The notes under the pieces are model-generated. The model saw only the letters and a program-made list of their open reading frames with translations. It was not told the origin of the DNA and made no database searches. The position numbers were made by a program, and so were the translations under genes. Below are positions 36,372 to 52,272 of a stretch of DNA of 64,000 nt, piece by piece (within the stretch, counting starts at the first letter, position 1; the number at the start of each line of letters is the position of its first letter). Origin of the DNA: Pseudovirgaria hyperparasitica (taxonomy: Eukaryota); the NCBI GenBank assembly GCA_010093815.1, contig ML996570.1. One strand, written 5' to 3'.

Positions 36372-36771
36372 AACGAGGGTTTTAAGTGGCCCAGCATATC
36401 ACATTGGCGTTATGGGAAATCTCGGGCACAACGGTCGATGTGCTACTATAATCGCTGAGAGGTACGTATTCTCTCAGTAACAAGATTGGCACATAAGGCC
36501 CTCGGGTTGTTACATGCCAAAAATCCACGACATACACATATAGAGCACGAGCCAGTAAGAGCTTGGACCTCAACAATTTGAACTGCATCGATGTGTTCAC
36601 ATTACCGCATAACACCCAAGTTACATGCGTACTGCCTTTGGCTTTTTCAACTCCCAAACCCCAGCGCCACCCATCCCTTACAATCGGCTGTAAGACCCCC
36701 TTACCAAGTCAGCCAGGCTCAACAGTGACTATACAGCCGGCGAACGTATGATCATATGAACAGTTGCCAGC

Positions 36772-38256
<1,485 letters not shown>

Positions 38257-39246
38257 TTACGCAGGTCCGAGGATAACAGCGTGCTTTGCGGGACAGACTC
38301 ACAATATATATAGCAACTAAGGCTATACGAAGCTTCGCGGATGCGAACGGGTAATCGAAGTGGGATGTCAAGCAAAAAGTCAACAACAGAGACGTAAGAA
38401 ACGGAGCTATGTCAGCGACCGAGCTCGGCTGGAGGGGATTTAATTCTGGTGGATGACCTGTCCGTGGGCCCTGGCTCAGTCTCTCTCCAGAAGTGGGGAA
38501 TGGATGATGCTTGAAGGGAGGGGCAAATAAGTCGGGACTTGTGTGTGTCTGAGTGGGGCCATAGAGAGTGAGGGGCTACGGCAACGCCTGGCCTGGTAAT
38601 GCGCGCCGCCGCAAAAACAACAAATCATTAGTAGATCACTTGTCATTGTTTTCCATCCGGTTAGGTTGCCTCGAGACAATCGCCGAGACAAGTTTGTAAG
38701 TAGCCCTGTGGTGATTGACAAGGTGATCGTAATATACGACTCAAGCTGTACAAACACTTCAGCTGCAATGCTCGAATCTCTAATACTTCGCATTCAGATT
38801 TGCATGTTCTAGATGATGACGTAGAACTTGCTCGGCGTCTGCCAGCGGCCCGGGGTGCAAGGCAACCTTGTAAAGGTAAGAAGGTCATGCGAAAGCTTCT
38901 GCTGGTTTGGGAAAGTCTCGCGAGCGTAAGATATTGCCGCTCCGAGAAGCCGGAAAATCAAGCACTGGATGCTGAATCCAGATATTGGATGCTACTGATG
39001 CATGACCTTCAAAGAAGGTTTCAACGGCCATAAGGAATGCAAACAGCTTGGTAGGCGGTTTCGAGAAGTTACTTGCGCAATATATGGCACTAGGAGAAAA
39101 GAGGAAGCGAATGTAGAAAGCATTAGTATGATGGGCTCCGAGCTACCGAATCACTGGATAACTATTACTCATTTGGAAAAAGGAGGCATGCGACAGAACT
39201 GGGGTATGACAAGCAGACGCTGAAAAAAAGACGTAACCTAGCTCGC

Positions 39247-40384
39247 TCATGCTTTCGCCGCAGGTGCTTGCTCTACCTTCGATGCCTCGCCCGTCGCATC
39301 GACTTGCTCACCTCCGACGGGATGCTCAACATCCACGTCGGCTGCAGAGCGTACTTCGGTCTCAGTTTTTGGTGCTTCCGACGCAGGCTCACCATGGACA
39401 ACAGCAGGAGTCGTCTCTACCGGTGTCAACTCTTCAGCAGCACTAGACTGCTTCAAGGCGCTTCCCTGGGTCTCCTCTTTGGCTCCAGTCATACTTTTCG
39501 TCTTGCTCTCCGAGCTATTTCCCTCCTCTCCTTCTTTAGCAGGTCGTCCCAAGCTCGAGCCGCGTCGAGCAAAGTCCTTTAGTCCGCTACCCCAAGTCTT
39601 CTTGGGAGGTGGCTTAGCGGTACCGTCAAGTCCAAGTATACCCTTGATCTCTGGAATTCCAGCGTGGTCTCTCGTATTCCTCATACGGTGACACCAAGTT
39701 GCTTTGCCGTGCTCGAACATAAATTCGCCTCCCACCTGCTTGAAGCTGCCTCCATTTATGGCGTTCTTCCCAGACTTGAGCCCTTGCAGTATGCTACGGA
39801 GAGCACCACCTAACATGCCAGACTGGATGTACTCAGGCTTCTTGGGCCCTAGATCAAGTGTGCGAACCATACCCAAGGCGTCGTAGAGCTTGGTAGATGG
39901 GTCGGCATATACAGGAAATGGGCAGCCAGTAGTTTCGACATACATGTCAATGAGTTCTGGCTTGCCACACCCGATGACTGTTATGAAGGTAGGTTTTTCG
40001 AGACTGATTAGGTCTTCGGGGGTGATAGAGGAGCATAGGGTACGAAGGTATTCTTGGCAGTTCTGAATTATATTAGCAGGTCCACGTATATGAGTGTTTA
40101 TCAGCACCTACACCACAGAAGAAGTGTCGGACAAAAATGATGAGCTGGCGAGGAGCCGTATTATCTGCCGTGTACAGGCTCTTGAAAGTGCGGGAGCTGC
40201 CCTTGTTGTCAAGAACGACGAGGTCTTCACACTTCTTCAGATCTTCTTCAGTAGGTAAAGCTGTCGAGACATTCAGGTCGCCTTTGAACTCTCCCTGGGT
40301 ATCATCCGGCTTGGAAACGTCACTCTTCTCGGGAGCAACGTTCTCTTGTGGCGCTCCCGGGGTCGCGACCGGTTCGGAAGCCAT
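39247..40384 (-). CDS. Thioredoxin-fold AhpC/TSA_2 (PRXL2/AAED1-like) protein
   Basis: IIFVRHFFCG|NCQEY (CxxC across the intron), YADPSTKLYDALGM, QVGGEFMF and WCHRMRNTRDH. Confidence 0.85.
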
Positions 40385-41308
40385 TGTAGGTAACGGAGCT
40401 AGCAGTATGTGCTTCTCGAAACCTTCGAGTTGACTGTGCACAACTTGAGGTGCAAATAAAGTTAACAGACAAGCTGTACAGAGATGGCAATAATCCTGGA
40501 AATTGATTCTGAACCGCCTTGTGGGAGGATGTAATAGCGATGGCTTTGTATTGTAGTGTGCTGGTTAGTAACGAAGCCCAAGTCGTGTATCAGGTACAAG
40601 GATGAAGTACAAACTACGGCTTGGAATGGAAAGACGCCGCCCTGTAGATGCTTTGTGTTTCTTTGTAAGACGCTCGACAAAGAAGAGGAGGAGCTTGACG
40701 TGAAACTTGCAGCAGCAGCAGCAGATAGATTAGCAAGGTCGCAGGTGGATGGACCGGATGTAAGGGTCTTCCGGGGTTAGTTATCCATGGATCTTACCTG
40801 TTACATAGGTATTAGCGCCATGATCAACAAAGGTTGATGATCAACATGATGCAGGTGGGCTTGGTAGGTAATTATTACGAGAAACCCAGGTTGAACAAAA
40901 ATTGGTTCACTTATTATTCGCAATTCTGTAGTCGATAAACATATTTATACGCGACACGTTCGTGTGCAACCTTGTACAAACGCTGCTGCAGGTGCATCGC
41001 ATGCAGTCTCACGGTAGAACGTGGCTCATGGTAGAACGTGGCGCTGCCAGGGTCCAGAGTCATGCATGGTTATCCAAGGTAAATTTTCCGCTGCCTATGA
41101 CGACAGTGACAGCTTCATGACACAACAGAAATCATAATAAGAACCACTGCGACATTCATGGCCTGGTCATATGTAAAGCCTTCCCATTCACCAGATACTG
41201 ATGACTGACCTGATTTTTAGTATACACCCCCCACCTGTGTTTCCGCCGTCACCTATCCCATCCTCCTAAATTTGACCAGCACAGCCATGTGCCCCTTGTC
41301 AATACCAC

Positions 41309-42516
41309 TCACTTCGCTTTGAGCCTGTTTAAAGTCTCTTGAACAGAGTCGTACTTCTCATGATCCTCCCCATACACATCTCTATACACTACCCTCGCAT
41401 TCTCCGCCGCCTTCAACGCAAGAGACATATCACCATAGCGCTCCGCGGCGTACGAGATATCGTGATAGCTATACTTGATCAGTATAGCATAACTAGTAAA
41501 ACAAGACTCGCTTACATTCTGCCAAGCTCTGCTACCTTGAGGTCCTCCTGGATGAGGAGCATGGCAGCCTCTGAAAGAGCATTAACAAGACGCATAAGAT
41601 GGTCGGTGCTTGGGAAGAGCTTGTTGATATCGTCCGCTGTCTGATCGCTGATCTCCCTCAGTCGATACCGACGCTGGAAGCTCAAGTCAGTCTTAGATCC
41701 AAAGGGTTGATTCTCCCAGCACGCTTCGCACACGCAAGTGAACCCATAATGGCGCATATGCCAAGCCCGCTTCGCTGTATCATTAAACGGATCACAGTAG
41801 CAGATGGTAATCTCGTCGCCAGCCTTGATAGTTTTAATCGAATGGATGTTCTCTTTACCGGTGCGAGCGTTATAGCTAAAGAAAGCGTTCGGCATGCACG
41901 AATGGTTGATCCGAGCACATTTAAGGAATACTCCTGCGCCGCGTTCATCGATTCCCATACAATTGGTCTGGAAGATGGACACAAGGCTCTTTTCTGGAGC
42001 GATCCGGGCAGCATACTGTTCCTCCACTCTCTCCATAGCATTAGCCGATAGTGGCGCATTACGCTTGACCGGATCCCAGTACTGCGGATTCTGACCATGA
42101 GCGGAATGCAAGCTCATGTACGCAGCCTGATCGTCTGGGGATAGCTTGGAGAACTCCTTTTCGAGATCAGCCGTGAGCCACCTTGGATTCTCCATGACGA
42201 TAAGCGGTGCTTCTGACATGATGCGAGTGCCTCGTGGGATGTCAACGAGAGCAAAAGTACCGTAGCCTTTCTCTGCTATGTGACGAACTTCGGACAGTGC
42301 TGGACCAGCGGTCATATTAGTGTTCATGGCGAGATCCTGCATTTCCCGTTCGGATGCTAGCCTTGGCTTTGCCTTTTCTCTTTCAGGCGTATCGACTTTT
42401 TCGAAAATATATCCGTCAAGTAGGCTTTGAGTAGAGGTAAGACCGTCAACACCAAATTTAGTATTGTCTGGTAAGTCCAATAGAGGCTGGAATGAGGTCG
42501 AAGTTGCAAGAGCCAT
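41309..42516 (-). CDS. SET-domain protein lysine methyltransferase (Set5/SMYD-like)
   Basis: KGYGTFA...IPRGTRIMSEAPL, ARINHSCMPNA, GDEITICY and post-SET YGFTCVCEAC. A last exon follows an intron at about 41470-41514. The 5' end is uncertain (possible upstream exon near 42680). Confidence 0.85.
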
Positions 42517-43409
42517 AATGTGAGTTCTTTTCAATCCTGTGCACTGTACAATTGAGAAAGCGATCAGAAAATTTCATGCGTCTACCGTCTTCCGGCGGCC
42601 TACTGACGACTGCCGGGTAGGTAAGGTACAAACGATACACTTGCGTTGTGAGTACATACTGCAGGGCCTACCGGGCATTTTTGGTGGGATACCTGCAATG
42701 GTGAAGTCCTTGACATGTACACGTACCTAGTCTCCCATCTGAACAACACGAAGCTGTTATGTGTGGAACATTATCAGACAGTCCCTAAGTTTTTCAAGGC
42801 AAACCTGAGGCATATGGATATGTGTATAAGTGGAGTTGTTATTGCTCTGTCTTGCGCGCTAGGGAAACGAATTACCCGATCTATACTTGGTGAACCCTGT
42901 TATAAGAAAGGTTAGGGTCTTCTACATTCTGTCCCTGTGCTATCAACACTGCTAGGTGGTCGTACACGTTGTTAATAGGCTTGCGTGTGTGCACTACGCG
43001 TTCCCGGTTTGCTCATGTGGTGAATGTTAATCATTTTTGGACCATCGTGAAAAGTGACAGTCTACTTGCTATGGCTTTGCGAGTTGAAGTATCACCATCA
43101 ACAGAAACCAGATTGTCCAGGCATCCATCACTTTAGCATCGGCGGTCGATCACGATGTTGACTCAGCGCAGAATTCAACTGATAGCTTTTTGCTTCACTG
43201 ACGGACTTTCTCCTCTATATGCTCCTCATGTTTAAATTCCTGCTCAGACCTACCTTTGCTCCTACCTGATCTAGCCTATATTTGAATGCTGTTCCGTGAC
43301 CGCCAAGTCAGATGAATGACAATTGACGCTTATGAAGTTTGAGACCAATATCACGAGAATCTGCAGACGCAGAATCGAATGTGTCCAATTATCAGGTACT
43401 TCGTCATAC

Positions 43410-45213
43410 TTATGTCTGGTATTCACCTGTATATTGAGTTTGCGTAGCTTCACCCCTTATCTGGTCCTGGTCATCTCGTAAGTTATCCAACCGCTGTGTG
43501 CTATCAATTGCAGACTTTCCGACGATGCCTGTTACATGCGCGACCGTAACAGAAGCTTCTATCGTCGATTGTGACGCCATGATCTCTTGTCCCTGCCTGG
43601 TTACCACCTTATGCTTTTCGTGCTGTCTCGACTTTCTGTTCGACGGGTGTTTTCTCGCAGTTTTTGGCAGACTCGCAGTTGAAGACCTCACAGGTATATT
43701 TTGAACTTTGGATGCAATCGAACATTGGGTCATTTATTCAAAAACAGTAGTCGAGATTGAAGCTAACACTGATATTTCTTGTTGTAGTGCACTCCTTCTC
43801 TCGCGTGCGTTCCACTTCCTCTTCTGCTGACCTGACATTCTACTACATCCTGTGGGTGCATCTTGACCCTCGAATCTATTCGAATGTCCCGCGCCAGATG
43901 GCCCTGTAGAGCTATGATTGCGTTCTGAAGCTTCACCTCCTTCCCAATTAGTAGCCAGATCCAAGGAACTGGAAGGAGGCATTTCTTCTTCGGTTTGAGA
44001 ATCCAGCTGACCGGCCGGGGTGTCCAAAAGCTCTTGAACACCAGGTAATATTTGTGTTGCAATCAGTCGGGCGATGATTCTGCACCCAATACAGGCGCAA
44101 GGCTCTGGGTAGTTACAAGCGTCGAGATACATCGGTGTCTCACCACTCAGACGAATGCATGTAGTACACTCGCAATGCAATGGATAAGTACACTCGGGGT
44201 CTTCGACGTCGTCTTCTGGCGCGGTTGGCTCATCGATCGCTTCATCGTCGATTGTCTGCTCATTATTTGACTGTTCCTTTTTAGCTTTCTCGTTATTTGT
44301 CTGCTCGTCATTTGTCTGCCCGTCATCTGTCTGCTTATCATTTCTCTCCTCGGCGTTTTTCTGCTCGTCCTTTTCTTCAGCTAGACCTAGTCTAGTATGA
44401 AGAACCATTGCCGATTTCAGGTTCGAGGGGGTGGTTTTTCCATCTTGAACACAATTTGCAGCGCGTTCATCGATGTCCAAAGGCCCTACTCCGCCTTCGG
44501 TTTCGTCCCGTCGTACATGTAGCCCATGCGCATCAACAGTGTCCATCTGAGTGAGATATTCGAATTTTGAGCTATCTGGAAGATCCATTCCCGTTGATGC
44601 GGTGACGGTGCTCAACGGAGCACTGAGTTGTTCGGCCATCGGAACCGTATCAGGAGACGACCTTTCGTCTGAATGTCGACAAATGTCTTTAACAAAACCG
44701 TACGGGCCGGGGTACATGCTCTTGGAACGCACATAGCACCATTGTGGCTCTATGTCTGCCATATAATGGTCAGCATCTACTAAGCGCGAAAGACCCCCTG
44801 TCGCATATACCACATTCCACTTGTAAGTTCAATGGTAGCCAATCTTGCTTAAGCAAGATGACTCTTTCGTCTTCAGCATGAAACACCTTCCTCCCACAGA
44901 ACTCGCACGTAGGCATGCTGTCACTTGCGCTATCCCTTCGGTCATCGTTTGTAGTATATTGACAAGCTATCTGTTCTCGTAGAATGGCAGCATTCCTTTT
45001 CATAATCTTACACGTTGAAGCACTGAGGTCAACGGTATGAATTCGAGTTGATTCGTGGAACTTGAAGCGGTCAACGAGAAAACGATTGTCGAGCTTTGCC
45101 AGGAAGGGCTGATTATGCCGCTGGAGAATCGTGAAACAGTATGCACATTCGCTCCCTGCTGCGCAAAATTCGGAATGTGGAGGTAGAGGGAATTGAACGA
45201 AAGGTTCCGCCAT
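43410..45213 (-). CDS. Orphan protein with Cys motifs and acidic pentapeptide repeats
   Basis: Two ORFs are joined by the intron 44810-44757 (GTATAT...GCTGAC...CAG). The 3' end is uncertain: stop at 43734, or a further exon to 43410. Confidence 0.55.
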
Positions 45214-46587
45214 CGTGAGCGAGAGTGAAAAGTAGTATATATAGTATGGAGGAGATACAAGATGTAACAATTTGACAATGATAAGGAAAGCGGAAATACA
45301 ATGTTTGTAAAGGGATTGACCGAGCGATATGATGTTTTGGTAACAAGACAGGAGAAAGGTGGCCACCGTTGCTGGTCGAGCGTTGATGGTAGACATTGCT
45401 CTTTCCTTTCGACATCACTTCTGCCGGCTTGCCTGTGATCTTGTGCTTGGGGGCGCCGATGCCTCCAGAAGACTCCTAAATTAATAACTGAAAAATGATC
45501 TAGGTACCGTAGCGAATATCCTGACAAGAGCAGATTGAGGCTACCTTTCGAGAGTCAAAAGTGGCTGAGGAAGCGCATGATGAGACTTATCGGCTTCAGA
45601 CACATTCGCAGGCGAAGCAAGAGCCACGTAAATCTTCAAACTCGCAGCCAGCTTTAGATATCCCAGGACTCGATGTACTGTCAGCGTGTGATGAAGCTAC
45701 TGCTCTAGAAGTGCACAAAGTTTTCCACGTCAACTTGCTGAGTCAAGATCTCGCAGCTTGCTTTTCCTAATCCTAGTTCAACTGAAATAGCTGCGAACAA
45801 CGAAGAAGCTGAAAGCCAACGTCCTCTGTCTGCCACCGCGCCCATGACATGCAGTCATGTTGTGTTCACTAGAGCTTGACCCAACATTCAGACGAGATGG
45901 CCATGGTCTCTCACAGACTGGTATGCAGCCATTCAGGAGTATCGATAGCTTCTTCACCTATTTTGACTTGATTCCATTAGCGATAAATTAAGGTGTGCAG
46001 TAAACGCTAGTTCCCTGCCTAGATGTGGCTTTCCATCGGCCGAAACCGCCAGACTTACTACTGTAAGGTAAGCTATTCACATCATATGAAGCTATGTGCC
46101 AGATTCGAACAGGGGCCAGGGACTAAAAATCTCACTCGCAGGCATGAAAAAGCGGAGATTCCACTATCATCCAGTTGAGTTTTCACGGCACGATCGAGAC
46201 CGAGACAGGATGGAACTTCCCACAGCCAAGGATGTCCCCCCGCAAACTTATGCAGAGACCATTGTGTGCATGCATGCGAAAAGAAGCATTCATTGGCGAC
46301 GGGCTTGATTGATTTTAAGCTTTGTGCACTAGATCGGGTGGGGTAAAGCCACGTTCTTCTGATTTGCGGGGTGAGTGGTAGGAATACGCGGAATGGTTAA
46401 GCTAGTGAAGATCATTCATCAGGCTGAACAATACGCCTCGGCATGTCCTTGCTTGAGGGCATTGAACAGATTCAAGCTGTCTGCAAGAATTGTGTATGAA
46501 TAGGACCGGGCAGATGGCAGAGGCGCGAGTGCTTTGTTGGTTCTGCCCTCGACGATCGCAAGACTTACTCTTGAAGTTTCAGTCGAG

Positions 46588-48580
46588 ATGTTGACATTGA
46601 ACAATATTGTAGCATCCGCGCTCTTAGTTTCATCAGCCTGGGTATACGGCTCCCCTACTAACAATGCCAAGCGAGATAATGAGTTCGACTATGTTATTGT
46701 CGGCGCTGGGACAGCAGGCAATGTCATGGCTAACCGCCTATCTGAAGATCCAAATATTCAAGTGGCTCTAATTGAAGCCGGCACAACCTACGACATCACG
46801 AATCCTGTCCTTGGAGCTACTCCAGCAGGGGACGTACTCTTTTGTGGAGCTAGCCCCCTCAGCACAAATCCCGGTGTAGACTGGAACTTTATCACAGAAC
46901 CGCAGACCGGAGCAGGCAATCGGAGGATCCATTACGCCAGAGGGAAATGTCTCGGTGGCGTAAGTCATGTTAAAGCCTTCTTATACAACAGTGACTGAGA
47001 CATGCAGACATCTGCTCGCAACTTCATGATCTACCAGAGAGGAACCAGACAGTCATACCAGAAATGGGCTGACGAGGTCGGCGATGCCAGCTATACGTTC
47101 GACAACTTCTTGCCGTACTTCAAGAAGGGTATGCAGTTCACTCCGCCAAGCAGTAAGAGAGCACAGAACGCCAGTGCTGAGTATGTCGCGTCTGCTTTTA
47201 CACCCGGGGAAGGCCCGCATCAGGTCTCGGTAAGAATTTGCCAATGATGTTGAAATTTGACCATGCTGACGTATTCGGAAGTACGCCAACTATGCTCAGA
47301 CTTGGTCGAGCTACATGGAGGGTGGGTTCCAGGAGGTTGGGATGCCTATTGCCCAGGATTTCAACAGTGGCACACTCAGGGGCGGTCAGTACTGCAGCTC
47401 GACCATCATTCCAACTGATCAGCATCGTGGATCCAGTGACAAAACATATCTTGCTGCTGCGAGTGCACGTCCAAATCTCAAGGTGTTCCAGTTGACTATG
47501 GCGAAGCAAATTACGTTCAATGGTAATAAGAAGGCGACAGGTGTGCTGGTCGAGGCCGCTGGTCTCTTACCATTTGTCATTTCTGCTCGCAAGGAGGTCA
47601 TTCTTAGTGCTGGAGCCTTCCATTCACCACAGCTCCTCATGGTCTCAGGTATCGGTCCCGCAGCCACTTTGAAGGAATTCAACATCCCAGTGCTCGTTAA
47701 CAACCCTAATGTCGGCCAGAACATGTGGGATCATGTTTTCGCGGGTCCATCATATCGGGTTGCTCTCGAAACCTTCACACGTCTGGCCAATGACTTGGTG
47801 TATGTAGGAGAGCAATTCATCGCAAATTATACACTAGCGCAGGAGGGCCCATTGACGAACCCAGTGTCTGATTGGCTTGCGTGGGAACGTGTGCCAGCAC
47901 GCTTCAAGAACAAGTTTTCGCTGGAAGCAAAAGCCCAGCTTGCATACTTCCCAGAAGATTGGCCAGAAATTGAGTACATCTCAGGCGCTGGATACGTAGG
48001 AGACTTTGCGGATCTGTTTACGAGCCAGCCGAAGGATGGCTACATGTATGCCACCATTTTGTCGACGATTGTGGCTCCAGTCTCTCGTGGGACGGTCACG
48101 ATTGCGTCCGCGGACACAAACGTGCTCCCTGTCATCAATCCGAATTGGCTCGTGGCGAAAGCTGATCAGGAGGTTGCCGTTGCAGCGTATAAGCGGGCTC
48201 GTGAGGTTTTCAACTCGAAATTTGTCGGCCAGGTCAGGATTGGAGACGAGTACTTTCCTGGAAACAGTGTGCAGACCGACGAACAGATCCTGAAGGTCTA
48301 CCAAGACACCGTAAGTCGACACTATCATACCATTGTTTGCGTAGAATGTTCTAACGGCAACTTGCAGCTGCTCACAGTCTGGCACGCGGCCTGCACATGC
48401 AAGATGGGCAGAGTCGGCGACCCCAAAGCTGTTGTAGATACCAAAGCCCGAGTCTTCGGCGTGCAGGGCTTGCGTGTGGTTGATGCTTCGGCTTTCGCGG
48501 TCTTACCCCCTGGACATCCTCAGTCCACCATTTACGCGCTGGCAGAGAAGATTGCGGCGGGGATCAAGACCGGCAATTGA
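46588..48580 (+). CDS. Secreted GMC oxidoreductase (AA3_2, PatE/VBS-like group)
   Basis: Signal peptide plus KR site, DYVIVGAGTAG, YARGKCLGG, EVILSAGAFHSPQLLMVSGIGP, TVWHAACTCKMG and LRVVDASAF...PGHPQ. Three introns. Confidence 0.93.
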
Positions 48581-49100
48581 CAGGAAGCTTTGAAATTGAA
48601 GTGATGGGCTGGGCTGGGCTGACATTTGCTGTACATATTGCTGAATATCAATCATACGAATGCTATGTTGCCATGGCTTCTCGATGTGAATAGGCCACGG
48701 TTGACACTGTTGACGGAGCTAGCCGGAGAAGACTCCATTTGCCACCTTCATTTGTAGGCAGCATGAGACTAGTTCTGCTTAGGCTTAGATCGTCAAGATT
48801 AGCGTACTAGACTCAAGAGAGACTAGTCACAGCATATTAGTCATAGGCCGAAATCCCATGAAACCCCTGCATCGCATGCCCATCCTTGTCCAAGTCGGAA
48901 TCCCACTCCGATTTGCCATTTTACAAACACGCAACGGAGCGGTCTCCGGCACTCGTCCGTCAGCCCCATGAACGGGCCAACATGTTAATCCCTGGTCCCA
49001 AGAAAGTCTTTTCTGTTTCGTCCATACCCTTCGACTTTGTCACTCTCTGGGCTCTCAAGTTTACGTCGTCTATGTGGCGGCTGTCGTGACCAACCTCGGG

Positions 49101-51451
49101 ATGGAGTCGTCGGCGCGGCCCTTGTTTCCTGGAACCCCATGGAAGACTGGCGGGTCCGGTTCCTCTGATGGCCGTGACACACCACTGTGGGAACTTCCAA
49201 AAAAGCGAAAAGACCTTGCCCGCCTGGCATGCGACTCGTGTCGTAAGAAGAAGGTAAAATGCGATGCTCAGCTTCCGAAGTGTACGCTCTGTCAGACGCA
49301 CAATCGAACATGTAACTACGCGGGCGATCCTGGAATCACACGAACAGAGTCTCTCAAACGCAAAAATGAATCATTACAACAACGCGTGGAGGTGCTGGAG
49401 AAGTTCATGCAATTTCTTCGGTCTCGTCCTGAACCTGAGGTGCTTGCTATACTGCAGCGAATGAAGACTTCTCCTGGGAATGTGGATCTCAGCACGCTCA
49501 TGGACTTTGTGAGTTTCGGAGACCTCTTAGTTGGTTTGAACGGCAATGGAATTCCAGGCCACCAGACACCGAAAAGATCAGGCGCATCACCCACCTTGGC
49601 CGAATTGTACGTCTCAAAAAGAATCCGAAACGATATACAATGGAGCCACTGACATGAATCTAGAGCCTCGAAAATATCAAATCTGAGCGACACAGATCAA
49701 GCGCGGTTTTTGCAAGCTACGCACGAGAAGCTTGATACGATGACACATGGCTCCCCTTCACCAGCACCAGTGTCATCTGCCACTACCCGTAGATTTGACG
49801 CATTGGTCGCGGACCCCATCGTTGAATTTGACCCCAGTGCATATACCGCAGTTACGACAGACAGGCGGTTGGCATCCCATCTTGTGTCTCTATTTATCAC
49901 GTGGGATCATACTTACAGCGTGTTGATCCCATTTCAGCTGTTCATACGTGATTTAAAGAATGGCCAGAGCTCGGCGTTCACGAACAAGTTCCTAGTCAAT
50001 ATGGTGCTGTCATGTGCATGTGTAAGTGATGACAGGGTCGGTTAAACGACATTTTATCACCTGGGAGAGTCCTAACCGTACGACAGCTCCATGCTTCCGC
50101 AGATTCAATGAAGATGGGGTCCGGAATTGACGACGCAAATGTACTAAGCGAATCTTTCTTTCAGGAGGCAAAGGCCCATTGGGATGCTGAGCTGGGGAGA
50201 TCTAGCCTCGCAAACGTTCAAGCGCTGCATCTCATGCATCTGAGGTACGTCCTTGATTGTGTCATATGCCGAAGCCCCACCTGACTTGATAGATACGGGA
50301 TTCTTGGGCAGGATAAGATGGGAAATCTTGTTACAAATCAGGTCATTGCCATGTCTCACAACTTAAATCTTCATAATGGAGCAGAACATGTTGGGATGTC
50401 GTTCGAAGAACGCCAAGGACGTCGAATAATTGCATGGGGACTCTTCAGCAGTAACGCGTATGTGATCGTTCAGACACCTCGATTTAAGCTAATGATGAAA
50501 GCACAACATATCTTGCGTACCTGAAGCGTTCGTCTCTACCGACCACAAAAGCTCTTCGCCCAGATCCTGTAGCGTTGCGAATCAGGCCTGAAGAATGGAC
50601 CCCATATCCATCGATCTCGACTCCAATACCAGCGAATCGGCCGACGTACTTTGAAGCCCGTTGCGACCTCGGTGTACTGACCTGCGAAGCTCTCGAATTT
50701 ATAAGTACGCGGAACGATGCATTGACTAAAGAGGATGCAAATACAGCTAAAAGTATATTTGATAAGCTGAGTTCCTGGAAATCCAACTTAGAAGAAGGCC
50801 TAAGGCCGGATAGCGACGCACCACCATATGTTTTCACATTACAGCAAGTCTTCCACCTACTTTGAAATACTTATCGCGAAGCTGATACATTATAGTATGC
50901 TTTACCATGTAGTCGAGCTGGTATTGTCCGGTATCTTTCGCACAGGTTCAACATCAGAGGATCAAAAGCAATCTGAATTGGTCTACCTCAAAGCAGCTAC
51001 TAACTTTGGAACCCTAATTTCTCGACACCGCCGTTCATATGGATCTAAGAGAGGCTGCCCAGGGCTCCTATACTTCGCTTGCGTCTGCCTATCAGCCCTA
51101 CTCAGCCTTGTTATTGAGCACAAAGACCTTGCCAACCTGATACATGAGGTACTACTAGTTGCCGTGAACCTCTCTCACCGTGTCAAAATTGGCAGGGGCA
51201 TGCTTCGGGTCATGGCAGAACAAGTGGAAGCGTTTCCACCTGAAACAGTGAAACCGGAGACCTCTGCGCTGTTCAGAGACGTCAAGGTCAATATCTGGAA
51301 GCCGGGCGATCACCAGTCATACAGCAGCGCCTGGCAAGAGTTCTCAGGAGGCATGTCAGGACTTACGAGTAATCAAGACATGAAGGTGCATGAATTAACG
51401 AGTTTATTGGAGGCGCTTTCCGCTAAGGAATCCGAGGGCTCCCCTCGGTGA
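49101..51451 (+). CDS. Zn(II)2Cys6 transcription factor with fungal middle-homology region
   Basis: ACDSCRKKKVKCDAQLPKCTLCQTHNRTCNY followed by a coiled coil. Downstream exons include HLVSLFITWDH and RRIIAWGLF. About 5 introns. Confidence 0.9.
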
Positions 51452-52272
51452 TGCATAAGGTGATACCCGCTGTAGATGTCAGATGATAAGGATTGTAAAG
51501 GAGTCTATCATGATCCCACGAATAAATACGGAGGATTGTTGGAAACGCATGTGCAGACCTTAAGGCGATAGTAGCACCTCGAAACCTAATGGACCTGATC
51601 GCAAGCATCTGTGACATAAAATGCCGGTTCATGTTGTCTAGACGGGTGTCATGATCCTGTGCTTACATTCTTGCATGTCAGGTTTTGAAGATTCGGATCA
51701 TGTCAGTCATCCGATCAGTCTTATGACCAGTCTAGTGTTCGGCTTCCATGTGCAGTCTCATATTATACCCGAGATCCATGACTTTGTAGCCGATGGCGCT
51801 AGGTACTTGTTACTGCAGCGTTGATCGCCAGCAATGCGTTCTTCACATCCATGACCTGATACATATAATGCCATAGATTTCTACCCAATTATGCATATAA
51901 AGTTGATAGAAATTCAGGTCAGTCATGTGGAAGTAATGTCTGAGCCCGGTTTGTTTCCCGAGCCCGTCCTTAGTCCGAGCGGCAAAGGGCAGTGGGCAGG
52001 GCAAAACTCGGGTTTCGTTAGTGAGGGAGGGCGGTAATAACGCCGACCGCAGACCAAGTCTTGGTGATGGATTAATTATTTCTAGAACCAATTTGCTCCG
52101 TTTCTTCACGCCGCATCTCTAAGTGTCGTGTCGCCAGCTGTACGTCGCTGTTGTGCATCAATTGTTTTGACACAGTACCCTCTTCGGCACATACTTCTTT
52201 ACCACCTGATTCTGTGGTGTAAAATCGGTTGAGCTTTCCAGTCGCAATACCCCACGCCGGCTCAAACAAATT

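Noticed and set aside
46095..46180. GTTCGAATC B-box-like motif on the minus strand
   Set aside because: The flanks do not form a T-stem or cloverleaf, so it is not a tRNA.
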